Of a DNA stretch of 64,000 bases, positions 1 through 10,140 are shown piece after piece. Where the stretch lies: positions 64,001-128,000 of the forward strand of contig CBDFFH010000015.1 in assembly GCA_965246715.1 (NCBI GenBank), given 5' to 3'. The notes under the pieces were generated by a model. It saw only the letters and a list, made by a program, of their open reading frames with translations, was not told where the DNA came from and searched no databases. The stretch's first letter is position 1, and the number at the start of each line of letters is the position of its first letter. The translations under genes were made by a program, and so were the position numbers. This stretch comes from Chamaesiphon sp. GTDB lineage: Bacteria; Cyanobacteriota; Cyanobacteriia; Cyanobacteriales; Chamaesiphonaceae.

Positions 1-2592
1 GTACCGTTGCGCTGCTCTGTGCTCGATGAGATCGTTCGTGGGAATGACAATCCGCTGGATACTATCGGCGGGGAATGCATAAATGGCCCGACCGACTTGA
101 CAAATCATCAGTTGGGCGATCGTCAGCGTCAGCGGAATGCGGAGTGTAAAAGTAGTACCACGTCCTAATTGAGAATCAATAAAGATCGTACCTTTAATCG
201 TTTGAATTTGGGCTTTAACAATATCTAAACCCATGCCGCGTCCGGATAGCTTGGTGACGCGATCGGTAGTCGAAAAACCGGGATTAAAGATGAAATCGAG
301 GATTTGGCTGTCGGTAGCATTAGCACTGGCATTTGGCAATTCCAGCGCTAATGCTTTGGCTTTGATCCGCTCTAGGTCGATCCCGCCACCATCGTCGCGG
401 ATTTCGATAACTGTCTGACTACCCTGATGGTAGGCCGTAATCTCGATCGAGCCACGTTCGGGCTTGCCCACCGCGCGTCGGACGGCGGGGGTCTCGATAC
501 CGTGATCGAAGGCATTGCGGAGTAAGTGGAGGAGCGGATCGAGCAGCTTGTCGAGCGTCGATCGATCGACGAGGACTCCAGCTCCGGTAATTTTGAGATC
601 GACAGGTTTTTGATACTCGATCGACAGATCGTGAAGCGTGCGTGGAAAGCGATTGAGGATTTCCCCCAAGGGGAGCATGCGCGCCCACATCAGGTCGTCG
701 CGGAGATAGGACAGGAGTTGTTTTTGTCGTTCGATTTGGCGTTCTGATTGGCTGCTAAATAAGTCTAGATCCTCGATCTGTTCTTCGATTTGGACGAGTT
801 GCTCGCTTGTTGCTTGGGCGATGTCATGTAATTCGCTATAGCGATCGAGTTCGAGCGCATCGAATCGCTCGGTCAGATCGCTAGCAATCGGCAATCGAGC
901 GGTAGTAATTGCCGAGGAGCGTGGAGCCGAGATCGAGAGACTGTCGGCCAGTTGTCGCAGCCTATCGCCAATGGCCTGAAACTTCACACATTTGCTCCGC
1001 ATTTTGTGTAAGTTGTCGCGAACTTGCTCGTTATATAGCGCTAAACCATGTCGCTCGATCGCGAGTTCGCCAATGACATTATTCATCCGATCCAACCGAT
1101 CGAGGGCGACGCGTACCGATAATTGTGGCGTGGGGGACAAGGAGATCGGCCGGGACTTCTTGATGCTGCGGGGGATGCTATATATAGGTGGCGGCGCAAA
1201 TACAATCGGATCGCTCAGCGGTAAGTTATCAAAACTATGAGTGAGGCTGGCAACTAGCTCTCGTATTTCGACCCGCCGCTGGTGGATCCCGCTGGGCAGA
1301 TTTACCACACTAGGCATATCGAACAGATCGATTAAATCGTAGCGCAGGTTGACTGGATCGGTTAGCTCTACTACCGATCGACTCGGCTCGGATGGCCGAT
1401 CGAATAGCTCGATTAAGTCAAAGTCCAGGCTTACCAACTCATCACTTTGACGCTCGGGGCGATCGAAGATATCGACAAGATCGAAGCCCAGACTCGCGAG
1501 ATCGTCGCAAGTCGATGGCGGTTGACTCGGGGCAAATATCGGGGCGAATAGATCGAGATCGTGCTGCTGGATTGATTCGTAACGATCGGTAGTAGCTTGA
1601 GGATCGCCCAGAATATCCCAATCAAGCGGTAATTCCTGTAGATCGGCCCGAGTGCTGCTGGACACTAAGTCGAGTGTAAAGTCTCGCTCGAACATCTGTT
1701 CGAGATCGAATAAATCGGCATCACTGGCGATCGCCAGCACATCTGACTCGAACATCTGTTCGAGATCGAATAAATTATCATCACTGACGCTCTCCGCTGA
1801 CTTTGGCGCTTCAGCCAGGAGAAAGGCAAAGCCAGGACTAATCTGGCCACAGTTAGCACGATTATCAGTTAATACGGCATCTAAGGCCTGATAAAAATTG
1901 ACTAGGGCAAAACAACAAATTTCGCGGTGACGGTCGGGATGGCGATCGAGCGCGTCAATGGTAACCTGAGCGAGGTTATTAAAACTGGGGAGGTTGACGA
2001 GTTGAGAGATGCCGATAAATACTTCTGATTGAGCACGAAACTCACCCACAGCAATCCGTTCGCAATTTGGGTCGAGCAAAACTCGTTCGAGTCGGGCTAA
2101 ACTTTGCGCGACATCCACCTCAAAAATCGATTGCGTCAAATCTGTACCAGAGATAATCCCATTGGGTGTTTGGCGGCCAGCGATCACAAAATGACCGATC
2201 TCCTCATCGATATTTGCCAGTACGATCTGAGTTTGGGTATGAAATCGATCGGGTATCACTTGGCGCTCGATCTCATAAGTCACCAATCGCGCCAGACAGT
2301 CATAGAGCTGAAACAATAACCGTTCCAATTGCCGATCGAATGGCAATTCGGGATGACTGAGAACGCGGAAAATCTCTTCAACTTGATGGGCCAAATCCTC
2401 AATTGCTTCCAACCCAAGACTTGCCGCGCCACCCTTAATCGAGTGCGCAGCGCGTAATAAGTTGTGTACCTTCGTGACGCTGCGATCGACACTGAGGGTC
2501 ACAAGTTCTGTCTCGATCGTCTGTAACAGCTTGGGTACTTCCAAGCTGAACAGTTGATAAACGCGATCTCGTAAGTCAGGGTCGATATACAT
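1..2592 (-). CDS. cheA: CheA-like (PixL/PtxE-type) chemotaxis histidine kinase, 3'-truncated by window edge
   Basis: Not in ORF track (no stop in window). Manual translation from ATG at 2592: MYIDPDLRDRVYQLF...[16 protein letters not shown] (Hpt), SVRVALDRLDRMNNVIGEL (dimerisation), HLLRNAFDHGIE, IRDDGGGID, FNPGFST, SGRGMGLDIV (HATPase), start of CheW domain; frame consistent at the points checked down to base 1. Confidence 0.93.
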   Translation of the reverse strand, partial: MYIDPDLRDRVYQLFSLEVPKLLQTIETELVTLSVDRSVTKVHNLLRAAHSIKGGAASLGLEAIEDLAHQVEEIFRVLSHPELPFDRQLERLLFQLYDCLARLVTYEIERQVIPDRFHTQTQIVLANIDEEIGHFVIAGRQTPNGIISGTDLTQSIFEVDVAQSLARLERVLLDPNCERIAVGEFRAQSEVFIGISQLVNLPSFNNLAQVTIDALDRHPDRHREICCFALVNFYQALDAVLTDNRANCGQISPGFAFLLAEAPKSAESVSDDNLFDLEQMFESDVLAIASDADLFDLEQMFERDFTLDLVSSSTRADLQELPLDWDILGDPQATTDRYESIQQHDLDLFAPIFAPSQPPSTCDDLASLGFDLVDIFDRPERQSDELVSLDFDLIELFDRPSEPSRSVVELTDPVNLRYDLIDLFDMPSVVNLPSGIHQRRVEIRELVASLTHSFDNLPLSDPIVFAPPPIYSIPRSIKKSRPISLSPTPQLSVRVALDRLDRMNNVIGELAIERHGLALYNEQVRDNLHKMRSKCVKFQAIGDRLRQLADSLSISAPRSSAITTARLPIASDLTERFDALELDRYSELHDIAQATSEQLVQIEEQIEDLDLFSSQSERQIERQKQLLSYLRDDLMWARMLPLGEILNRFPRTLHDLSIEYQKPVDLKITGAGVLVDRSTLDKLLDPLLHLLRNAFDHGIETPAVRRAVGKPERGSIEITAYHQGSQTVIEIRDDGGGIDLERIKAKALALELPNASANATDSQILDFIFNPGFSTTDRVTKLSGRGMGLDIVKAQIQTIKGTIFIDSQLGRGTTFTLRIPLTLTIAQLMICQVGRAIYAFPADSIQRIVIPTNDLIEHRAAQRY

Positions 2593-2594
2593 GG

Positions 2595-2642
2595 ATAGTG
2601 AATAGTGAATAGTGAACAGTGAACAGTGAATAGTGAATAGTG
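2595..2642. repeat. Heptamer tandem repeat (A(T/C)AGTGA) x7, STRR-type; partial inverted array at ~2717-2742
   Basis: atagtgaatagtgaatagtgaacagtgaacagtgaatagtgaatagtg immediately upstream of the cheA start. Confidence 0.9.
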
Positions 2643-2750
2643 TCTCGGACGCGCTTGCGCGTTGTGAACTTGGAGCGATACTTCATCTGCTGGATCTATC
2701 TCAATAAATACCAGCCACTGTTCACTATTTTCACTGTTCACTAGAGACCC

Positions 2751-5700
2751 CTAGTCAATCTTGAAGCGATCGATATTAACTTGTAGTTCGCGGGCGAGTT
2801 TGAGAAGATCTTGGAAGGAAGCTTGTACGTCATCAGCACGAATCGAGTTCTTATTAGCGATATTCGCCACTCGATCGATACTTTGAGTGACCCGACCGGA
2901 ATTTTCGGCTTGAAGTAGGGCTGCTTGGGCGATTGCTTCGACCAGTGCACCGATCTTGTTACTGGTGGCCGAAACGCGATCGAGACTCACACGGGTTTCA
3001 TCGACCAAGCGCGTCCCGATCGCGACCTGTTCGATCCCGGCTTCCATGGCGATCGCGACTTCACTCGTCTCTGCCTGAATACTGGCAACTAATTTTTCAA
3101 TTTCCCCCGTGGCAGCGGCAGATTGTCGTGCGAGCGAGCGGACTTCTTCGGCAACTACAGCAAACCCGCGCCCTTCCTCACCCGCTCGGGCAGCTTCGAT
3201 ACTGGCATTGAGCGCGAGCAAGTTGGTTTGGGCGGCAAAGCTACTAATCAGGTTGACGACTTTCGAGATTTTTTGGGAGGATTCACCGAGTCGTTTGACT
3301 TTTTTCCCGGTTTCCGCCACAGTATTGCGAATAGTGAGAATCCCTTCCACCGTACGGTTCATCGCGGTATCGCCATCGCGCATCAGCTGAGCGGATTCCA
3401 TGACAGCAGATTCGGCAATCAAGGCGTTATTGACTACTAGTTGGATCGACCCAGACATATCTTGCAAGCGTTGCAGCGATAGCGCCACATCTTCAGATTG
3501 TTGAAGTGCTTCGATCGAGAGTTCGGCAACAGAAATTTCATTGGTAGTAGTCGTCGAAACTACCTCGCGGGAGACATTTTGAACGTTTCGTACCAATCCT
3601 CGCAAACTTTCAACCGTAGAATTATATGAGTCAGCGATCGTCCCGATTTCATCTTCGGTAACGTGTGCGCGAATAGTCAAGTCGCCTTGACTGATCCGAT
3701 CGACTTGAATCAACAATTCCCAAGCATTTTTTTGGAGTATTTGTCTAGCCGCTTCTTGGCTGGCAGCATAGCGCGACTGTTCGAGACTAGCAGCTTCCAA
3801 TTGGCGCACCAGTTGCGCTTGAGTCAGCGCCGCGCCGATTTGGATGGCGAGTTGCAGCAAGAGTTCGATTTCTACATCTTCCCAATCATGTTGCTGCTGG
3901 CACATCGAGCCGCTAAAGAGACCGAAAAATTTATTGCCGACATAAATTGGCGTGGTGATAATCGACACAATCTGCATCTGCCGCAAGTTATCGGTCAGCT
4001 CGTCACTAAATTCGGACGCTTGGAGATTGGCAAGCTGGATATACGACCCCTGCTCGAAGCCTTGCCCGAGAATTTCAAACATGTATTCTGAGGAGATCGT
4101 CCGCCCCAGAATGCTAAACTCGGCAGCAGAGATCGACTCCGCGATGATTTTACCTTCCCCTTCGCCCAGTGTATCTACTACCAAAATGCTCGCGCGATCG
4201 AGTCCAAAAACTTGGCGCAATTCTGGCAGTGCCAGGTCGAGAATCTCGGTCTCGTCGTTCGATTGCCGCAGTTTGAGCGTGATGTCTGAGAGTAATTGCG
4301 ATCGTCTGGCCGCAGCTTCGCGTTGCTCGATCAGCACGGTTTGGTTGAGCGCAAGTGCCAATTGCGTCGCCAACTGGGTAAATAAATTGATTTCTTCGAT
4401 TTTCCAGGTGCGGGGTTCTTGACATTCATGACCGATTAATAGCCCAAATAATCGACTATCGATCGTAATCGGTACTACCAAATTTGCCCGCACTTGCAGG
4501 CTTTCGAGCATCTGAATGTGACAATCGGTCAAGCCAGCCTGATAGATATCCGGCATCGCGGTAATCTTGCCCTGTTCGTAACCAGCATCTTTGATACAAC
4601 AGTCATCGATCTGTTCGTTCAAGATCGATTTTTTACCAGCTGCAACTGATTCGGTGGTAATCTTACCATTGAAATTGGCATCTAACTCGAAGACAACCGC
4701 CCGATCGAGATCCAATGCTTGGCGGACGAGTTCGACTGCTGTGGTGAGGATATCTTGGCGTTTGAGCGATTGCCGCAGTTGCAAAGTAAAGTTGGAGAGA
4801 ATTTGGGACTTGCGGGCATCATCTTCCCGTTGGGCGATCGATTGCGCCTGATTTAAGGCCAAGCCAATCTGCGAGCCAATCCGTTCGAGCAGCTCGATTT
4901 CGGCTGGTTGCCAGTAGCGAGGGGCATGACACATGTGCCCGATGGTCAAGCCAAACAGTTTATTGCCAATAAAGATCGGCACGACCAAATTCGCTCGTAC
5001 CTGGAGCCGTTCGAGCATCTGGATGTGGCAATCGTTCAAGCTGGCTTGGTAAATATCCGCAATCGCCGTCGTCCGCCCCCGATCGTAACCAGCACCTTGA
5101 GTCAGTTTCAGACAAGTATCCTCGATGACTTCGCCTAAAATAGATCGACTATCTGCTGCTACCGATTCAGCCACGATCGTGCCTTCCCAGTTGTCATTCA
5201 GACTCAGGACGATCGCGCGATCGAGTCCAAAGGTACGGCGAATATTGGCTAAGGCAATATCGATAATCTCAGTGCGGTCGATCGACTGTCGTAATTGGAG
5301 GGTAATTTCTGAGAGGAGATTTTGTCGATAAATACTCGCTTCGCGCTCCAGGAGAGCTTGACGACGATTGAGTGCCAGCCCGATTTGGTCGGCAACCGTA
5401 GCAAATTTGTCCAGTTCTAATAAATCCCACTTTCTGGCCGACCGGGACATTTGACCGATGACCCAACCTAACGATCTCCCTTCAACGATAATTGGGGCGG
5501 TTGCGCGCGCGCGCACTTGAATCCGTTCCAACAAAGCGATCTCTTCTGCGGCTAATCCACCTTGGCGATCGATATCATGAATCCCGCAAATCTGTGCTGA
5601 TTCCTCAGCGCCAACCTGAATTTCACACTGTAAATAATCGGTCATTGCTGCATCATCGATCGGCTGGCAATCTGGAGCGATGGCAGCAGCAAAGACTAGT

Positions 5701-6959
5701 GGTGACTGCCGATCGGTAAGCCCGATGACGAGCGCGCGATCGAGCTTGAACTCTTGGCGAATGCTTTCTACCGCTTGCTCTAGTAGCACGCTCAGCTCGT
5801 CTAAATCGCTGACTTGCAGTGCTTGAGACAACAGATTGGTGCGCCGCAGTTCGGCATCCCGATCGTTAGAAATAGCGATTTGTTCTACAGCCAAAGCGAT
5901 CCGCTGGGCTGCTTGATGGCAAAAATCGATCTCCCAATTTTCCCACTTCCGCTTGCTACTACATTGCTGGAGCGATAGCAACCACACTGGATGGCGCTCG
6001 GCACTGCTCGGCACTCGTTTGCCAGTAACGATCGGTACGAATACCATCGATTTTGCTTTTAATTTGGCCGCGAGTGCTTGGCGATTGGGACTGAGTTTGT
6101 CCCGATTTACATCGTCGATCGTCAAACTGCGGCCTTGATGATAGCGATCGAGTTCGGCAGCGGATTCGGCAAAGTAGATGCCGTCCAATGAGTCAGAAAT
6201 TGTTGGCTTACAATCAACAGCGACACTTTCTGCCACTGTCTCGCCACTGCCATCTGGATTACAACGATAAATGGCGACGCGATCGACATTAAGGATCTCG
6301 TTCATCCCGCTCGTTCCTGCTGCATATACTTGCAGCGGATCGAGAAATTCTTGTGCGGTCAGGGCGATTTTACCAAATAATTTATTGGATTGTGCGGCTA
6401 GGCGTTGTTGCTGGAGCGTGCGATTAAATTTGGTAACTAATTGGTTGAAATTGTCGGCGACTTCTTGAAATTCTGTATTATCGCCAGCTTCGATTTGCGT
6501 GGATAGGTCGCCATTAGCAGCTTCGCTGAGTTTATTAGAAATTCGTTTGAACGACCTCGAGAGCCGATTGGCGATTAGGAGCGCAAAGCTTAAATTGATG
6601 CTTCCCAATACCAGTAACAAGATTAAATCTTCAGCCCAATGTTCGGCAGGTTCGCTCTGAGGTCTCGGTTGCGCAACTCCAGGGAGAGTAGCAGGTTTGA
6701 ACAGCTGCTTGACTGCAATCCATCCACTCATACCGACCAATGGCAGCAAGACGAATGGCAAGATGGTAATTAAAATTTGTTGATAGATCGTTCGATATTG
6801 ACGACTGTCGGTACCGACAACTGCTGAAGTGCGTAGTTTGGTGAAGTTTGCACCCTCTTCGGCGCTCCACACGAATGATGGTTCCGGTGGGGTCTCTGGC
6901 TGCTGCGGTGTTTGCACCAGCGCTGTTTGCTTGGTATCGTCTCGATCGATAGTTTTCAT
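2751..6959 (-). CDS. Methyl-accepting phototaxis receptor (PixJ/PtxD-like): 2 TM, HAMP, 5 GAF domains (2 cyanobacteriochrome-type), MCP signalling domain
   Basis: 1402 aa; repeated LDRA..GAF motifs; GAF3 DTCL..DCHIQML and GAF4 DCCI..DCHIQML; C-terminal [34 protein letters not shown]. Confidence 0.93.
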   Translation of the reverse strand: MKTIDRDDTKQTALVQTPQQPETPPEPSFVWSAEEGANFTKLRTSAVVGTDSRQYRTIYQQILITILPFVLLPLVGMSGWIAVKQLFKPATLPGVAQPRPQSEPAEHWAEDLILLLVLGSINLSFALLIANRLSRSFKRISNKLSEAANGDLSTQIEAGDNTEFQEVADNFNQLVTKFNRTLQQQRLAAQSNKLFGKIALTAQEFLDPLQVYAAGTSGMNEILNVDRVAIYRCNPDGSGETVAESVAVDCKPTISDSLDGIYFAESAAELDRYHQGRSLTIDDVNRDKLSPNRQALAAKLKAKSMVFVPIVTGKRVPSSAERHPVWLLSLQQCSSKRKWENWEIDFCHQAAQRIALAVEQIAISNDRDAELRRTNLLSQALQVSDLDELSVLLEQAVESIRQEFKLDRALVIGLTDRQSPLVFAAAIAPDCQPIDDAAMTDYLQCEIQVGAEESAQICGIHDIDRQGGLAAEEIALLERIQVRARATAPIIVEGRSLGWVIGQMSRSARKWDLLELDKFATVADQIGLALNRRQALLEREASIYRQNLLSEITLQLRQSIDRTEIIDIALANIRRTFGLDRAIVLSLNDNWEGTIVAESVAADSRSILGEVIEDTCLKLTQGAGYDRGRTTAIADIYQASLNDCHIQMLERLQVRANLVVPIFIGNKLFGLTIGHMCHAPRYWQPAEIELLERIGSQIGLALNQAQSIAQREDDARKSQILSNFTLQLRQSLKRQDILTTAVELVRQALDLDRAVVFELDANFNGKITTESVAAGKKSILNEQIDDCCIKDAGYEQGKITAMPDIYQAGLTDCHIQMLESLQVRANLVVPITIDSRLFGLLIGHECQEPRTWKIEEINLFTQLATQLALALNQTVLIEQREAAARRSQLLSDITLKLRQSNDETEILDLALPELRQVFGLDRASILVVDTLGEGEGKIIAESISAAEFSILGRTISSEYMFEILGQGFEQGSYIQLANLQASEFSDELTDNLRQMQIVSIITTPIYVGNKFFGLFSGSMCQQQHDWEDVEIELLLQLAIQIGAALTQAQLVRQLEAASLEQSRYAASQEAARQILQKNAWELLIQVDRISQGDLTIRAHVTEDEIGTIADSYNSTVESLRGLVRNVQNVSREVVSTTTTNEISVAELSIEALQQSEDVALSLQRLQDMSGSIQLVVNNALIAESAVMESAQLMRDGDTAMNRTVEGILTIRNTVAETGKKVKRLGESSQKISKVVNLISSFAAQTNLLALNASIEAARAGEEGRGFAVVAEEVRSLARQSAAATGEIEKLVASIQAETSEVAIAMEAGIEQVAIGTRLVDETRVSLDRVSATSNKIGALVEAIAQAALLQAENSGRVTQSIDRVANIANKNSIRADDVQASFQDLLKLARELQVNIDRFKID

Positions 6960-6996
6960 GACTTTACAGTTATCGCTAAAATAAAATTAAATATTG

Positions 6997-7620
6997 TTAG
7001 ATATCAGCATCGAGTTCGGCTCGATCGACGATCGCGAGTTCATCCAAGATCGTTAACTTTGCTCCGGTCGTCGCGATCGCATAACCGGCGATCCACCGCG
7101 ATAACGCCGCATGGTAATGCTCGACTATTGGTGTCGGATTCGGATCTAGTTCGCACCATTCGATATCGGCAATCTCATCGACGACTAAACCGATTGTTTT
7201 CTTCTGCCCGCCACTATCTGTAGCACTACTAATCACGATGGTCGGATAGCGCCGGCGATTGCGATCGAACCGTTGCTCCTGAGATCCCAACACCATTGCT
7301 AGATCTACGACCCAAAGAATTTCACCGCGCCAGTTATAAACGCCAATTACCGCAGGTGGCAGATGGGGGATCGGGACGACTCGATCGCTGGGAATATCGA
7401 TTAATTCTGTGACTCCTTGACGAACGGTCGAAGTAGTCATCTCATTGGCGGAGCCGCTGCGAAAGAGCATCGCGAACTCAGCGAGGTAAGAACTCTCGGC
7501 ACCTGCCCCGCGCACACCTGCTAGATCGAGCTGAAGCTGAAATCTTAACAACTGGCAACCCAACCGCTCGCCCTTGGGTTGTGAAGCTAAAAGAGATTGA
7601 TTTTCGCTAACTAAGCTCAA
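6997..7620 (-). CDS. cheW: CheW-like coupling protein (PixI-like)
   Basis: VIGVYNWRGEILWVVDL, IGLVVDEI motifs; position in taxis operon; TTG start. Confidence 0.9.
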   Translation of the reverse strand: MSLVSENQSLLASQPKGERLGCQLLRFQLQLDLAGVRGAGAESSYLAEFAMLFRSGSANEMTTSTVRQGVTELIDIPSDRVVPIPHLPPAVIGVYNWRGEILWVVDLAMVLGSQEQRFDRNRRRYPTIVISSATDSGGQKKTIGLVVDEIADIEWCELDPNPTPIVEHYHAALSRWIAGYAIATTGAKLTILDELAIVDRAELDADI

Positions 7621-7677
7621 TTTTGCCGCCCCCTGGATAATTTAAATCTGTAAAAATTAAGTTGACCGAGCGATCGA

Positions 7678-8040
7678 TTATCTGACCAATTTCTGCAATG
7701 CTTCTAAAATGTCATTACGACCGACCGGCTTCGATAAATACATGTCAGCGCCCTGTTTCATGCCCCAAAAGCGATCGAGATCGGTATTTTTAGTCGAACA
7801 AATCACCACGGGGATCTTTTTGGTATCGGATTGAGATTTAATCGCCCGACAAATCTCAAATCCACTTCGTCCCGGCAACACGATATCGAGAAAAACGATA
7901 TCTGGCTTAAGCGTACTCAAATGATTCAAAGCTTCTTCACCGTCGATGGCAACGATAACACTCCATCCAGCTGCTTCTAAGTAACTGGTATAGATCAAGC
8001 GATCTGTCTGAACGTCTTCAACAATTAATGCGGTGGCCAT
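7678..8040 (-). CDS. Single-domain CheY-like response regulator (PixH-like)
   Basis: ALIVED, PDIVFLDIVLPGRSGFEICR, WGMKQGADMYLSKP. Confidence 0.92.
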   Translation of the reverse strand: MATALIVEDVQTDRLIYTSYLEAAGWSVIVAIDGEEALNHLSTLKPDIVFLDIVLPGRSGFEICRAIKSQSDTKKIPVVICSTKNTDLDRFWGMKQGADMYLSKPVGRNDILEALQKLVR

Positions 8041-8075
8041 GTTAGTTACTATCTCTTCAAAAACGATCTGAGGGA

Positions 8076-9251
8076 CTATTTGGTAGCTACAGAATTTAAA
8101 TACTTTTGAGCTACTTCGATCACCAATTCTGATTGGACTGGCTTGGTTAAGAAGTCAGTCGCTCCAACAACTTTGGCGCGGACTCGATCGATTACACCGT
8201 CGTTACCTGTCAAAATTACGATCGGCGTATCGCGAAAAGCAGCTACCTTCCGCAAGCGGCTACAAATTTCATAGCCATTCGCATTTGGCATCACCAAATC
8301 TAGAAAAATTAACTGCGGTTTTTTGGAGATCGCGACGGGAATGGCCTTCATCGAATCCATCACGCTAATAAATTGATAACCGACCTCCCGAAAAATCTGC
8401 TCGAGGCGATCGCAGACAAACGGACTGTCATCGATACACATAATTAATGGCGCGGGATTGTTGGGGCCAAACGGGTACTTACTCGGATCGATCGGGCTGA
8501 TAAAATCCGGCAGATCTACTAACTGCAATCTGCCAGCATGAAGATGTGTGAGAAAAGACTGGCCGATCGTCACTGGCGGCTTCCGCGCCCTGACGGCGAT
8601 TTCGCGAATGCTATGTTGCCCGTTTAAGACAAATTGCAGTGCTTGACGCGCAGATGGGGAGATCGTCTGCTCGAAACCCCCTCCCGGCACGATACCGAGT
8701 GCTCGATCGGGTGAAACCTCGTTTAGTCCAGCTTGTTGCCATTGCTGCTGCTGTTGAACGGCTAAACCGAAGGCGCGATCGATATCGATTAGTGTTAGTT
8801 GAGAACTCAATTGCGGCTGAGGACTGCGCTCGAAACTCACTCGCTCGGCTCGAACGACATCAAACAGTACCTCGACGATCGTTCTTTGAATATGCTCGAT
8901 CGACTTACTGCGTGGCACCCGACTTTGTTTAGCCCAGTTCACCAGTAAATAATATTCCCAGCAACTCTCCTTCTCGGTGGGGTTTAATGCCGAAATATCG
9001 GTCAGCGCCTCAATGCGGACCTGGAGATCTTGCGCCGTACTGATGTCTACGCCAGCGATCGTCGAATTTCTCACCCACCGCCGCATTGGATGAGAGCCAC
9101 CACTTGCATACAAAATGCGCCCTAGGTAAAGATAAAGGCACCATTGCTGTCCCACTTGGCTCTTGAGAAAAACACATCCACTAAAGAGTTGATGCTTCAT
9201 CTCACTCAACTGAGTAGCTAACTGATCGAGAGTTATGTATTCAGCAACCAT
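8076..9251 (-). CDS. PatA-family response regulator (PATAN + receiver; PixG-like)
   Basis: N-terminal W.LYLYLGRILYASGG.H..RRW.R PATAN signature; C-terminal receiver CIDDSP..FLDLVMP..FLTKP. Confidence 0.92.
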   Translation of the reverse strand: MVAEYITLDQLATQLSEMKHQLFSGCVFLKSQVGQQWCLYLYLGRILYASGGSHPMRRWVRNSTIAGVDISTAQDLQVRIEALTDISALNPTEKESCWEYYLLVNWAKQSRVPRSKSIEHIQRTIVEVLFDVVRAERVSFERSPQPQLSSQLTLIDIDRAFGLAVQQQQQWQQAGLNEVSPDRALGIVPGGGFEQTISPSARQALQFVLNGQHSIREIAVRARKPPVTIGQSFLTHLHAGRLQLVDLPDFISPIDPSKYPFGPNNPAPLIMCIDDSPFVCDRLEQIFREVGYQFISVMDSMKAIPVAISKKPQLIFLDLVMPNANGYEICSRLRKVAAFRDTPIVILTGNDGVIDRVRAKVVGATDFLTKPVQSELVIEVAQKYLNSVATK

Positions 9252-9323
9252 TTGATTTGTTTCTGGTCAGCAGCGCTCGTTCGAGATCTGGCTGAGGCTA
9301 ATTGTAAAGATATCCGTACCACT

Positions 9324-9332
9324 AGTGTTCCC
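9324..9332 (-). promoter_or_regulatory. Putative SigJ/SigF-type promoter box (GGGAACACT) for the taxis operon
   Basis: Reverse complement of agtgttccc, ~70 nt upstream of the patA start; 8/9 match to the GGGAATACT J-box of motility promoters in Nostoc. Confidence 0.5.
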
Positions 9333-9716
9333 AGTGTCTGCTGTTTTTGCTCACACCAGCATGACGATCTTGTTTGACCGAATCGATCTAGCCCTCTCGA
9401 GCTGCGCTCGCTACTTTTACCGCTGTTTGCTGGCATTCAACCCGCCAAAATTCAAAGATTTGTCAAGGTACCTTGACAAATCTTTGAATTTTGTTCGTGC
9501 TAAGCATTTTCTCAAGCGCTGTATATCTAAACTCGAAAATATTCGAGTCGTTCTTTCTGGAAACCAAGGGGTATACCTTGTATCCCTAAATATATCCCAA
9601 TCGGCAGATCGACATCTTTGTCAAATTATTGTTATGATTGTTAACATAGCGACCCCGAACAGCATCTGTCTCGCACTGAGACATGCTTAACCCAATACAT
9701 CCATGCAGGAGCAATT

Positions 9717-9917
9717 ATGTCTAAATCAGTTAATCTATCGCTGGAACAACAATTTAGCATTCGATCGTTCGAGCACCAAGTTAGAGATATGAGTCGCGAA
9801 CAGGCACAGGAATTCCTCGTCAATCTGTACGCGCAAATGATGATGCAGGAAAATAGCTATAAAAATCTCCTCAAACATCAATGGGGCATCGACGAACCCA
9901 GTCAACAAGCAGCTTAA
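9717..9917 (+). CDS. nblA: Phycobilisome degradation protein NblA
   Basis: LSLEQQFSIRSF..QV..MSREQAQEFLV.LY.QMM..EN.YK.LLKHQWG; aggag RBS. Confidence 0.95.
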   Translation: MSKSVNLSLEQQFSIRSFEHQVRDMSREQAQEFLVNLYAQMMMQENSYKNLLKHQWGIDEPSQQAA

Positions 9918-10140
9918 TTAGTGGCTAATTGAACGATCGAGTAATTTACTCGGATTCACTGTCTCAGATTGGCGACCTCCTTCTCTGTTTGGACGATCGA
10001 TAGGTGGGGATTGGGGCACAAACTGTTTGACATACCAAGAGCGTTAAGACCGATATGGTCTCAGCGGAATGCTAGTTGTACAATGGTCGAGATTATGGCC
10101 GATCTGAGCCACGATTTGGAATGTACGAGTAAGCTAGCTT

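Noticed and set aside
233..2492. Many short ORFs listed in the track
   Set aside because: Shadows of the long minus-strand cheA frame (1-2592), which the track missed because it has no stop in the window
9630..9648. NtcA or RpaB (HLR1) site upstream of nblA
   Set aside because: No GTA-N8-TAC found; best HLR1-like match has three mismatches in AT-rich DNA
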